IMG/VR virus record: IMGVR_UViG_3300021425_002093
Location: 1-64,000 of that record
DNA length: 64,000 nt
Source of the DNA: a virus
Reading direction: 5' to 3' (one strand)
A program made the position numbers and the translations under genes. The notes below the pieces were generated by a model. That model was given only the letters and a program-made list of their open reading frames with translations, did not search any database and had not been told where the DNA came from. This document shows positions 55,151 to 64,000 of this stretch, one piece after another (position 1 is the stretch's first letter; every line of letters begins with the position of its first letter).

Positions 55151-55867
55151 TTAAAAAGGATTCTTTTTCTTTGAGTCAGGCGCTAACGAGTATTTACTGC
55201 TAGGCATTGACGTAATTTTTAATTCCGCTTGAACTTCGTAAAACTGCGAACGAGTTGCAATTCTTACTTTAAAGTCACCGCTACCTTTTAGCAAGGGAAC
55301 AGCACTAGGCACTTTAAATGGATTTTTACTCGATATCCGATAAAAATCATCTGCGGCTTGCATATAATATGCAGGCTCAGCTTTACCTACAGTGTAATGC
55401 TTTGTAATTAAAGACGCCATATCATAGTTTTTCATCTCTGCTATATAGCGATTGATTCCAGGCTGTGCAAAGTATGCTTTCATTATATGAAGAGGAACAG
55501 CGCCTTCTTCTTTTAGTCCGCCTTTTGTAGTAGGTATCTTTATTTGTTTTAAGGGTATACCAGTAAACTTAGACAAATCTTTAAGAAACTTCTTTGTCTT
55601 AGGATCATCGTTAAGAATATCAACTGCTTCTTTCGCAGCGGGGGTAGTGTAAGTAGTATCCCACTTTCCATTTTTATAGAATACTCTAGGATTAGATAGA
55701 TTGTCGGTGTGATTCATCTTGACTTCAAGCCAAGTCTTTGTGACCCCCTTTTGTAGCAATACGTCTGAGTACTGAGTGCCCACAGTAGGCCGACTAGCTC
55801 TTATGCCAGAAATAGAGTTTGCAGATTCTGCTATCATTTTTTCGAATCTATCAGACGCAGCGCTCAT
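55151..55867 (-). CDS. hypothetical protein, possible PD-(D/E)xK nuclease
   Basis: FE...SDVLL...WLEVKM; late promoter at 55893-55900. Confidence 0.65.
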   Translation of the reverse strand: MSAASDRFEKMIAESANSISGIRASRPTVGTQYSDVLLQKGVTKTWLEVKMNHTDNLSNPRVFYKNGKWDTTYTTPAAKEAVDILNDDPKTKKFLKDLSKFTGIPLKQIKIPTTKGGLKEEGAVPLHIMKAYFAQPGINRYIAEMKNYDMASLITKHYTVGKAEPAYYMQAADDFYRISSKNPFKVPSAVPLLKGSGDFKVRIATRSQFYEVQAELKITSMPSSKYSLAPDSKKKNPF

Positions 55868-55945
55868 GACTATCCCTTAAATAGTATTATAATATTTATA
55901 AAATCCAGAATATAAGCCATTGAAAAATCAATTTGTATAAATAGT

Positions 55946-56106
55946 GTCAGGGTGCGTGTTCATACGGTATTCGTAAGAGGCAAGTGTGTAGAGTAATTAT
56001 TACCCAATCACATAGGAATAGCAGGTGTAGCATTTTAAATGCCAGTGGGGTTCTGGCCTGCCACGTAGTCTGATTTATAAGAGGGGGCATTGCGCCCCCT
56101 TTTTTT
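55946..56106 (+). ncRNA. candidate late-expressed ncRNA with its own promoter and terminator
   Basis: TATAAATA at 55936-55943; closing helix GTCAGGGTGCGTG/CACGTAGTCTGAT; terminator AGGGGGC...GCCCCCT followed by a T run. Confidence 0.7.
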
Positions 56107-57487
56107 ATGTGAAATTCGAAAAGTCTGGCTTCGAGTTTTTCGCTTTGAGTGTCGCTACATTGTTAGACTTAGGTGCTTGAGCAGAGTCATCCATCACAGC
56201 ACTTTGAGCATCCTCATCAGCATCAAAAAGTTTCATCTTAGATCGATCAATGCCGACAACGAATCTCTTCTTGTAGTTTGGATCTCCCCAGCGATTTTTC
56301 AATTGCTTGATCATCACCAGATTAGACTCTTCTAGTTGCTCTGTCGATACTACGCCAAACATGAAGTCAGCAGTCGCTGGAAGTCCAAAAGACTCAGAGG
56401 TATCTTCAAGCCCAATATCAGAGTTAGAGTATCCGCTCCTTGTAGTCTGTGTCGCAGACATAATTGGAACATTAAACTCGACAGCAAGCCCTCTCAATTC
56501 TTCAGCAATTGCCTTAACAATTGTATATGAGTTTGCGCTTGCATTCTTCACACGAGAACTTGTACATATATTCAGATAGTCAATGTAAATAACATCTGGA
56601 GTGAAGTTCTTTTTCAGTTTCAACTCGTTTAACAAATGTCGAAAGTGTCCAGATCCAGCGCTTGCTGTTGGATACTCTTTGACAATCAACTTACCTGTAG
56701 TCTTTTCTTTGACTCGTTGCACCTTCTTAAGATAGACATCTTTAGGCATTTCTCTCAGAGTGTCCATCGTAACGTCAAGTAGATTCGCATCGATCCGCTC
56801 AGCGATGCGTTCTTCAGCCATCTCCATCGTGATATACAGAACATTTAATCCAGAGAGAAGATTAGCAGATGCACAGTGAGTCATAAACAAAGTTTTACCC
56901 ACACCTGTTCCAGCAAGAATCACGCTGAGAGATTTACGAGAAAGTCCACCCTTCGTGATCTTGTTCATCAGATCTATGTCGAATGGGATCTTGTCTTCTT
57001 TCGTGTGATAAAAGCGATATCGATCTTCGTAAAGCTCCAGAAAGTCGTGTCCAACATTCTGATCAAACGAGACGCCAAGGGCGTCACTCAGCAATTGTGG
57101 AATCGCACCCTTGTCTAGAGTCTTGTGTTGATTGTCTAGTACAAGGATGGATTCACGGACTGCATTATAGATGGCCTTGTCTTGACAGAACTTTTCAGTT
57201 TTATCTACTAGCCAGTCGAGATCTGTCTGATCATCATAACTCAACTCATTGATCATATCAACAGCAGAAGAAAAGGAATCTTCCGTCAGAGTTGTTTTCT
57301 CTTCAAGATTGATTCGCAATGCTTCTTTTGTTGGTATGCCATTGTAGTCTTCGATGTAAGACATAATAGCGCTGTAAACAGTCTTCTCAGTAAGATCAAA
57401 AAAGTAAGATTCACTTAGAAAAGGTGCAACTCTTCGCATGTATTCTTCATTGTGAAGTAGTGACGCAAGAATTGTGTTTTCAATCAT
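56105..57487 (-). CDS. gp41: replicative helicase (T4 gp41)
   Basis: AGTGVGKT, TMEMAEERI, KEYPT, IDYLN, SATQT, SESFGLPATAD, QLKNR. Confidence 0.97.
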   Translation of the reverse strand: MIENTILASLLHNEEYMRRVAPFLSESYFFDLTEKTVYSAIMSYIEDYNGIPTKEALRINLEEKTTLTEDSFSSAVDMINELSYDDQTDLDWLVDKTEKFCQDKAIYNAVRESILVLDNQHKTLDKGAIPQLLSDALGVSFDQNVGHDFLELYEDRYRFYHTKEDKIPFDIDLMNKITKGGLSRKSLSVILAGTGVGKTLFMTHCASANLLSGLNVLYITMEMAEERIAERIDANLLDVTMDTLREMPKDVYLKKVQRVKEKTTGKLIVKEYPTASAGSGHFRHLLNELKLKKNFTPDVIYIDYLNICTSSRVKNASANSYTIVKAIAEELRGLAVEFNVPIMSATQTTRSGYSNSDIGLEDTSESFGLPATADFMFGVVSTEQLEESNLVMIKQLKNRWGDPNYKKRFVVGIDRSKMKLFDADEDAQSAVMDDSAQAPKSNNVATLKAKNSKPDFSNFT

Positions 57488-58547
57488 CTAGATTAGCCTC
57501 TTCATAATCTTCTGGTTCGTCTACCACAAGTGAACGTGTGGCGATTTGATATCTGTCACTAATATACTCTTGAAAGCGCTTGCTTGTCAAGATGGGAAGC
57601 CAAAAATCTTTTGTATCAGTATCTTTTGCTCGATACTTCTTATCTTCGACTTCACCTGTTTCTGGATCGACTTTTGAGTACCAACCCATGCTAGGTTTAA
57701 CGACAAAGCCACCTTCTGTTGCAAGATCGAGTAATCCAGACCACTTGTTGATTCCAGCATCAAATCGAGCATTGAATGGGAACTTGGATTTCTCACGAAC
57801 AAAGCGTGACTTCTCAATGTTGATAGTGAAGTTATAACCCATCAACTCTTTCCCGTCTTTGTCTTGGGCTTTTGTAATTACAAATACTTGATTTGCACTA
57901 TACATGCCTCCAGTACCACCGGACATGATTGCTTTAGAATAAAGCTCCATTGTCTGATAAGTGTGATTGACAGCAACACAAGGAATGTCTTTTGTAGTCA
58001 AGTGTGGCGTTACAATTCGCCAGAGTGATTTCATCACTTTTGCACGAGACATATCAGCAACAGACTTTCCGTCCAAAGCATCTTCCACTTCTTTCTTAGA
58101 AGCAAGATTGCCTACAGAGTCAACAAAGATAATTACTTTGTCGCCACGCTCTATTTCTTCTAGTCTCTTTGAAATGTCAAACTTCAGTTGCTCAAGATGT
58201 TCAATTGGAATATGAAGCACTCTACTAGTGTCAATCCCGTTTGACTCGATATAGTCTGGTGTAATACCAAACTCTGAATCGTAAAACAAACACACAGCAT
58301 CTTCATGTTTCTTCATGTATGCCTTAACAAGCATTAGTCCGAGCAAAGATTTAAAGCTCTTTGATTCCCCAGCAAGAAACGTTAGTCCAGGCGTTAAGCC
58401 GCCGTCTAACCGTCCACTCAAAGCAACATTAATGATTGGAATTTCAGTTGGTATACTATCCTTCACATTAAAAAATGTAGACTTATTTAATATCGAAGTG
58501 TGTTTTATGGCTCCAGATTTCTGAAGCTTTTCTAGTAGTGATGACAT
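57480..58547 (-). CDS. uvsX: UvsX RecA-like recombinase
   Basis: NVALSG...GGL, AGESKSFKS, YDSEFG, DSVGNLASKKE, NHTY, EKSRFVREK. Confidence 0.96.
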   Translation of the reverse strand: MSSLLEKLQKSGAIKHTSILNKSTFFNVKDSIPTEIPIINVALSGRLDGGLTPGLTFLAGESKSFKSLLGLMLVKAYMKKHEDAVCLFYDSEFGITPDYIESNGIDTSRVLHIPIEHLEQLKFDISKRLEEIERGDKVIIFVDSVGNLASKKEVEDALDGKSVADMSRAKVMKSLWRIVTPHLTTKDIPCVAVNHTYQTMELYSKAIMSGGTGGMYSANQVFVITKAQDKDGKELMGYNFTINIEKSRFVREKSKFPFNARFDAGINKWSGLLDLATEGGFVVKPSMGWYSKVDPETGEVEDKKYRAKDTDTKDFWLPILTSKRFQEYISDRYQIATRSLVVDEPEDYEEANLDD

Positions 58548-58656
58548 ATTTTTTTCCTTAGTAGTTATTGATTGTTTTAACGTGGGGAATTATCCCACAG
58601 TGATAATGTGTCATATAATGACCATTATAGTGTCATATGTTCAATATATGCAACAT

Positions 58657-58920
58657 TTATGATGTCATAATAGACGCAAGCTTATCTTGGAATGCGTCAA
58701 TCTTTTCATATCGATTCGGCCAGTAGATATAATCCTTATTGGGATCTGCCTTTAGGTTTTCTAGTAATGGCATGATAGCATCATACAAGGCTTTTGCCTT
58801 GTTGTCAACTGATACCAATTCTTGTTGGATCGTTTCCGTCTGTGCTTGTAGCTGGCGTACCGCATCCAACTCATCTTCCGTTACAGCGGTGAATCCAAAA
58901 TCAAAAAATTCATCCGACAT
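58657..58920 (-). CDS. conserved T4-like hypothetical protein
   Basis: FDFGFTAV.EDEL...PLL.NLK..P.KDYIYWPNR. Confidence 0.85.
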   Translation of the reverse strand: MSDEFFDFGFTAVTEDELDAVRQLQAQTETIQQELVSVDNKAKALYDAIMPLLENLKADPNKDYIYWPNRYEKIDAFQDKLASIMTS

Positions 58921-59004
58921 TTTAGTTCTCCTTATGCGACTTGAAACCAGCTAGGGGTTTCTCTTGTTTTCCAATTCATTTTGAATCGATGTTGCTTTAC
59001 ACAT

Positions 59005-61515
59005 TCATGAGAAGAAAGACTCCAGTGTATTTCGTTTTTCAAGATCCCAATTGATTGCATCAGATACAAGTTTCAATGGCTCTTTAAACGTCTTGTCAAA
59101 CTGAGTTTGATAATCGATATACTGTTCTAGCTCAAACTCTCTGGGTAAGAACTGTGGAAAAGATATCACATTCTCCATTGAAGGATTTGGAAGTTTCAGA
59201 TAGCAAAATTTGACTTTACTTCCGTTCTTAATATCTTCAACATTAAGCTTATTTTTTGATGACAATCTATTGAATACAAGCGCACCTCTTACATGAATCG
59301 GACAACCCTTCTTGTAGACAGTGTGTTTGTCCTGCCACTTCTCAATATCACTCACGCCTCTAGGAAAAGAAACATCCTCGGCAGGGAGACTTTTAAACTC
59401 ATCATAGAAGTTTGCCACGAAGTCTTGAAGTTCGCTTTCTGTAGAGTTTAGAATGATTCCATATGCTTTTACAAACTTATCCCGCACCACTTGAGGCGTG
59501 CTGGACTTAACAGCCTCAATTCCCATGATCTTGAGTTTAGGCTCAGCGTAAGCAACTCCCTCATTGTTATGCACGTTAAGTATATATCTTTTCTTAGCAG
59601 TCCAGACTCCACGATCAGCAATTGCTTCACGCTCCATAACCATACGAGGTTCATACGCATTCATGTGACTAAACATATCCTTGTAAGACCTTTGTAGTTG
59701 AGGAACAAATTTACTCTTACAAGCCTCGTCAATAAAGTTAACGGGATCTTTAGGATTCACCTGCTTCACTAGTGGAGCAAGATCAACATACAACGAATCG
59801 GTATCAATTGCAATTACATAGTCTTCATCATAGGACTTGAGTATTCGATTGAGATAGTGATTGATTGCAGTCTCCGCCCATCGAATAGCCAACTGACCAG
59901 AGAGCGTAATCCCTTCAGCCATACGCATATCAAAGTATCGAAAATACTGATTCCCAAGCGCTCCATAGAGTGAGTTGAGAAGAATCTTTACTGCCATTTG
60001 TTGATTGTCGAGTTGCGTGATCTCCATATCAAGTTGCTTGGTTTTCTTACGCTCATATTCTTTCTTCTTACTAATCATTTGACCTTTGATTGCTTTTCGC
60101 TCATCATACAGTCCTACGATGATCTCAGGAAGAACTCCACGCTTATCTTTGCGATACATTGATCCGTTGGCAGCGACCGCATAATCCTTTTCTCGAATTT
60201 CATCAGGAATCGTAGTTTTCAGAAAATGATCTACTCCAAAGTCAGGAAGCATACCTTCAACTAGTGTCTCGGGAGACATGTTGTACTGAACAATTAAATT
60301 AGGATACAGACTGTTCAAGTCAAACGAAGTGATCCATTCGCTCATTCCAATACGAGGCTCTTTCACATAGCCACCTGGGTAAGATTGCTTCTCTTTTCGA
60401 GTAGAAGGAGGAACAGTAATCTTACGATGATGTAAGAATCGATAGATGATACTATCCCATATCCCAGTTGTTCCAAAAGTGTCACTATAGTTGACGCCAC
60501 CCTTGTATGCAATCGTGAGTGCAAGTTGCATCAATCCAGTTTGACGATCAATTTTGTCAACGAGAAGAATGTCTCGAATGTTATACGAGATAAACTTTTG
60601 ATAGTCTTGTTTGTATAGACTGTGAAGAGAGCCGTACTCTTCATACGATAGTTTTCGTTCACCGAGAACAACAGATGCAACGTGATCAAGCGAATACGAT
60701 GCAAGAGTTCCATAGCTATAGCCAAACTTTTGAAATAAATCGAAGTAGTCTACCTGTTGGACGCCATAAATTTCATATGCATCAAGACTCTTACCCTTGA
60801 CCGCAATCTGACGATATTTAATCACATCGAACGGAGAGATTTGCTTAGAGATATCTTCGCCGAGGATTCGATTCATTCGATTCACAATATACGGAATGTC
60901 AAAGAGTCGAATGTTCCATCCAGTGATAATATCTGGAGTGAATTGCTTCCAGTGATGCAAGAAGTTTAGTAAGAGATTCTTCTCATCCAGACACTTCCGA
61001 TAGACAACCTCATAGTCCTCATAGCCAGAGTCATCAAAGTCTCGAAGACTTGTATCATAGTCATCGAGGCCCCACACAAAGAACGCTTTGTGCTTACTAC
61101 TCATGTAAGCGATTGAGATGACGGGATACTTGGCCTCGTCGGGTTCGGGGAATCCTTCATCTGACGCAACCTCAATATCGATATTGCCGACATCGATGAA
61201 CTTGGGATCGAAGTCAATAATAGCAGGGAACTCTTCAGCAACAAACTGAGCTACAAAGTTTGTATTACCGAAGATCTTGAAGTTGTCAACATCTTCATAT
61301 TGCTTGATAAACTCACCTGCTTCAGACATCGAAGGAAATTGAACGGGATCGACAGTGTGACCATACAGACTCTTCCATCCAGATTCTTGCTTTTTGCTCT
61401 GAATGTAAAGTGTAGGTTGAAATTTTACTTTCTTAGTTTCTCTAGTGCCTTTACTAGAGTATCCACGATATAAGATCTTGTTTCCGTAACGGGTCACGTT
61501 TGTGTAAAACGACAA
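59005..61515 (-). CDS. gp43: family B DNA polymerase (T4 gp43)
   Basis: DIEV, SFDLNSLYP, KILLNSLYGALG, IDTDS, KKRY, KIMGIE; TTG start; TTGACA-18-TATAAT upstream. Confidence 0.98.
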   Translation of the reverse strand: MSFYTNVTRYGNKILYRGYSSKGTRETKKVKFQPTLYIQSKKQESGWKSLYGHTVDPVQFPSMSEAGEFIKQYEDVDNFKIFGNTNFVAQFVAEEFPAIIDFDPKFIDVGNIDIEVASDEGFPEPDEAKYPVISIAYMSSKHKAFFVWGLDDYDTSLRDFDDSGYEDYEVVYRKCLDEKNLLLNFLHHWKQFTPDIITGWNIRLFDIPYIVNRMNRILGEDISKQISPFDVIKYRQIAVKGKSLDAYEIYGVQQVDYFDLFQKFGYSYGTLASYSLDHVASVVLGERKLSYEEYGSLHSLYKQDYQKFISYNIRDILLVDKIDRQTGLMQLALTIAYKGGVNYSDTFGTTGIWDSIIYRFLHHRKITVPPSTRKEKQSYPGGYVKEPRIGMSEWITSFDLNSLYPNLIVQYNMSPETLVEGMLPDFGVDHFLKTTIPDEIREKDYAVAANGSMYRKDKRGVLPEIIVGLYDERKAIKGQMISKKKEYERKKTKQLDMEITQLDNQQMAVKILLNSLYGALGNQYFRYFDMRMAEGITLSGQLAIRWAETAINHYLNRILKSYDEDYVIAIDTDSLYVDLAPLVKQVNPKDPVNFIDEACKSKFVPQLQRSYKDMFSHMNAYEPRMVMEREAIADRGVWTAKKRYILNVHNNEGVAYAEPKLKIMGIEAVKSSTPQVVRDKFVKAYGIILNSTESELQDFVANFYDEFKSLPAEDVSFPRGVSDIEKWQDKHTVYKKGCPIHVRGALVFNRLSSKNKLNVEDIKNGSKVKFCYLKLPNPSMENVISFPQFLPREFELEQYIDYQTQFDKTFKEPLKLVSDAINWDLEKRNTLESFFS

Positions 61516-61917
61516 GATAGATTCCTCAAAATGTTTTCCACATTATATAGTAGACATGGGGGACATGTCAACCATTTATATAAGTTTCTCTACGGTTGTA
61601 GTAAAGAAGTAGATGAGTGCTAGTTCCCACGGAAGTATAACTATTCCTAAAATTGCTAATCTTTTAGCCGTGTCGCTTATGTTAAACATCGTCTACCTTA
61701 AGAGTTGCGTGACGTTTTTAGCGACCTTACCAACGGTCGAGGAACGTCACAAAAACCTCTATTCACATTTAAATTATGGGAGTATAGACATATGGCATTG
61801 GAGTAGCATTCATATACAACTCCGGATACATAATGTGTCCATAAAAGCCAGCCACCATACACCCAATTAGAAATGTGCATACAGCAATCGCTGATAGCTT
61901 TTCAGAAAGGGTTAGTT

Positions 61918-62253
61918 TCATGATCTACCTACCTGCAGGGATGCTTTGATTTGTGCCAAAAGACTTTTATCCAAATCTAAGAGAATACTATCACTCATAG
62001 ATGCCGCCACTTCTTCTGGAGACAAACCTTCTGGATACGAAACCTCATATCCCTTAGCTTCCCACTCTTCCAAAGAACGACACTTCATGCGACGAATAAA
62101 AAATCCACCCGGCTGGGCGACTTTTACTGTAGCACAAAATTTGCCTTCTTCGTTGAGTTTTGCTGTGTATGATTCTACAGCTAATACAGGTTGAGCTAAC
62201 ATTAAGCCAGCGAATACCACACCGCTACATGCGGCAAATAGTTCTTTTTTCAT
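61918..62253 (-). CDS. secreted hypothetical protein
   Basis: Signal peptide; YTAKLNEEGKFCA...KCRSLEEW. Confidence 0.7.
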   Translation of the reverse strand: MKKELFAACSGVVFAGLMLAQPVLAVESYTAKLNEEGKFCATVKVAQPGGFFIRRMKCRSLEEWEAKGYEVSYPEGLSPEEVAASMSDSILLDLDKSLLAQIKASLQVGRS

Positions 62254-62273
62254 TTATCAGTGTCCTTTTGAGA

Positions 62274-62699
62274 TTAGATTTTAATTTCGATCTTTCTCGG
62301 ACGCTGTTCTTCGGGCAGTTCAACTCTCAAACTAATGACTAGTAAACCGTTGACGAATTCAGCTCCATCAACGACAACATGGTCAGCGAGTCTAAATGTT
62401 TCTACGAACTTTTTCGTAGTAATACCTTTGTGAAGATATTGCTTAGTGTCTTCGTCTGGATTACCTCGAATAATGAGAACGCCAGGCTGGACTTCAATTT
62501 CCAGATCTTTTCTCTTGTAACCACCTAAAGCAAACTCCATCGAATAGTTTGTGTCATCATGCTTTACGATATTGTGCCTAGGGAATCCTTTCTCGTTAGC
62601 ACCGACGGCGGTAAGTTTCTCAATCTCATCCCATACGTGATCAAATCCTATGAAACGTGAATGGGGGAATGTAAACATTTTAGTTCGGGTATTAACCAT
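62274..62699 (-). CDS. hsp20: small heat-shock protein Hsp20 (IbpA-like)
   Basis: FIGFD, FPRHNI, ALGGY, YLHKGI, F.LAD, A.FVNGLL, PEEQRPRKIEI. Confidence 0.95.
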   Translation of the reverse strand: MVNTRTKMFTFPHSRFIGFDHVWDEIEKLTAVGANEKGFPRHNIVKHDDTNYSMEFALGGYKRKDLEIEVQPGVLIIRGNPDEDTKQYLHKGITTKKFVETFRLADHVVVDGAEFVNGLLVISLRVELPEEQRPRKIEIKI

Positions 62700-62790
62700 T
62701 TTTTGCCTCCTTATATTAAGCAAGGTTGTTGTCTCTCAGCCGGACCATTCCGCACTGATGTGGATGACAAGATCGCCCTGTCATCGCTTC
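62700..62790 (-). promoter_or_regulatory. ROSE-like RNA thermometer in the hsp20 5' UTR
   Basis: Three hairpins; the last is CCTTGCTT-AATAT-AAGGAGG, with UUGCU opposite the SD; late promoter at 62792-62799. Confidence 0.7.
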
Positions 62791-62811
62791 TTATTTATAC
62801 GATTTTACTGC

Positions 62812-63174
62812 TTATTTAGATTCATAAACCTCGACAAGACCTTCACGCAATAGAAGTTCTGTCAAGTTTCTTTGAGCATCCCAAACAGCATCGTATACTA
62901 CAAAGTCGCCAAGTATGCGACCGTACTTTCCAGTTTCATCTTTTCTGCTGATTAGTGTTTGAATAGATTCGACTGGTAAGAATTGAGAGACGAAATCTCG
63001 TGCTACATGGCCACGAGCCTTCTCTTCTAAATCACGAGTTCTAGTTTCGGGGGCATCGATTCCATAAAAACGAATTCGCTGTCCACGTAACCACACTCCA
63101 AATCCTAAATCGATATCGACATCAACTGTGTCGCCATCGAGTACTCTTTTAATGATGCACTTATATTCGTACAT
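62812..63174 (-). CDS. thermonuclease (SNase-like)
   Basis: RVLDGDTVDV, RFYGIDAPE, GKYGRILG. Confidence 0.92.
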   Translation of the reverse strand: MYEYKCIIKRVLDGDTVDVDIDLGFGVWLRGQRIRFYGIDAPETRTRDLEEKARGHVARDFVSQFLPVESIQTLISRKDETGKYGRILGDFVVYDAVWDAQRNLTELLLREGLVEVYESK

Positions 63175-63462
63175 TTATTTTTTTTCGTCTACAATCTTTT
63201 TAATCATATCATCTTTTTTCTTACGCTTGTCAACTTTGATACCAAGCGTATGCGCAAACTCTTCGAGTTCTGCTTTAGTCATCTTCTTGAGCTTATCACC
63301 AAGATCCTCAAGATCGTCAATCGCTTCTTCTACTTCTTCTGCGATTTCTTCGGCCTTGTCTACTACACCTTCGAGGCCCTTCATGTTCCAAACCCAAGCT
63401 ACATATCCGAGTCCAAAAACAAGACCCGATACGAACAAAATTACAATGATGTCCCACAACAT
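63175..63462 (-). CDS. membrane-anchored protein with Rho-N-like tail
   Basis: TM segment, then LKKMTKAELEEFAHTLGIKVDKRKKKDDMI; AAGGAG RBS. Confidence 0.7.
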   Translation of the reverse strand: MLWDIIVILFVSGLVFGLGYVAWVWNMKGLEGVVDKAEEIAEEVEEAIDDLEDLGDKLKKMTKAELEEFAHTLGIKVDKRKKKDDMIKKIVDEKK

Positions 63463-63472
63463 GGCTTTCTCC

Positions 63473-63871
63473 TTATCGTTTTTTACCAATGCTATATTTA
63501 GCAACAAGTTCCCACTCGCTCTTTTCTTTATGTGGGAGTATCTTGATTTGTGATAAAGGGGCAGAAGGTGAAGAAATCATTTCGGGTCGAACGACCTTAA
63601 TCAACCCCCATTCTTGAAGTAGAGTAACAATTGTGTTTCTTCTTGCGCAATCGTCTTCTGAAAAATCGTGCGCCTTGCCGTCCAACATAAAGAGTTCTTT
63701 AAAATGAACGATGTAATACTTTCCTTGCTTGTGCAGGATGTGACAAGATTGGTATAGCTTTCTATCCTTCTTAGAAGCAATACCAATTCTCGTTAAGGTT
63801 TCCTTAACTTTTAAAAAATTCTCTTCATGAGTTAAAGAGACTTCAACCATATCTTCAATCAATAACGTCAT
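63473..63871 (-). CDS. regA: translational repressor RegA
   Basis: FLKVKETLTRIGIAS, LYQSCHILHKQGKYYIVHFKELF. Confidence 0.97.
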   Translation of the reverse strand: MTLLIEDMVEVSLTHEENFLKVKETLTRIGIASKKDRKLYQSCHILHKQGKYYIVHFKELFMLDGKAHDFSEDDCARRNTIVTLLQEWGLIKVVRPEMISSPSAPLSQIKILPHKEKSEWELVAKYSIGKKR

Positions 63872-64000
63872 CTTTTTAAACCGCCTTGTTCTTGTTCTTT
63901 TTTAATAGCGTCTATTTGTTCAGACGATAACAAAGACAAGTACTCTCGGCCAACCGTTTCGTTGCATTGATAATGATCGCATATTGCTTTCAAGTCTTCG
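63868..64000 (-). CDS. gp62: clamp-loader small subunit (T4 gp62), C-terminal fragment
   Basis: EDLKAICDHYQCNETVGREYLSLLSSEQIDAIKKEQEQGGLKR*; position immediately upstream of regA as in T4. Confidence 0.8.
   Translation of the reverse strand, partial: EDLKAICDHYQCNETVGREYLSLLSSEQIDAIKKEQEQGGLKR

Noticed and set aside
59005-61515. Introns or inteins in gp43, gp41, nrdA/B or thyX
   Set aside because: ORFs are continuous and of normal length, with no intein or group I intron signatures seen.
1-64000. Alternative genetic code or stop-codon reassignment
   Set aside because: Core genes translate full-length under the standard code, all three stops are used, and no suppressor tRNA was seen.

Overview
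A 64-kb segment of a large T4-like (Caudoviricetes, T4 superfamily) phage genome, most similar in gene content to marine T4-like phages of heterotrophic bacteria; several host-derived genes look gammaproteobacterial (inference). Nearly all genes are on the minus strand. Read along that strand: the replication core (gp62 tail, regA, hsp20, gp43, uvsX, gp41); a block of late and capsid-internal proteins plus a GH19 endolysin; gp61 primase; nrdA (fused to glutaredoxin), nrdB, dCMP deaminase and a MazG-like gene; rnh, phoH and a PAAR gene. A long accessory region follows, with a GmrSD-like gene, a PlcP-like phosphoesterase plus GT2 glycosyltransferase, thyX, three tRNAs, a SleB-type hydrolase, peroxiredoxin, a reprolysin-like lipoprotein, glyA, a 1088-aa fibre-like protein and iscU. 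T4 late promoters (TATAAATA) and near-consensus sigma70 promoters are visible throughout. The most notable signals missing from the ORF track are: (1) a 24-aa PqqA (PQQ precursor) gene directly upstream of the acceptor piece of a circularly permuted two-piece tmRNA; (2) several ORF-free structured RNA candidates, one with its own late promoter and terminator; (3) a ROSE-like thermometer upstream of hsp20; (4) an 11-bp-period regulator-box array; (5) a modular protein whose cassettes are separated by repeated, partly nucleotide-identical putative prohead-protease sites. All family assignments come from motif recognition by eye; no searches were run.
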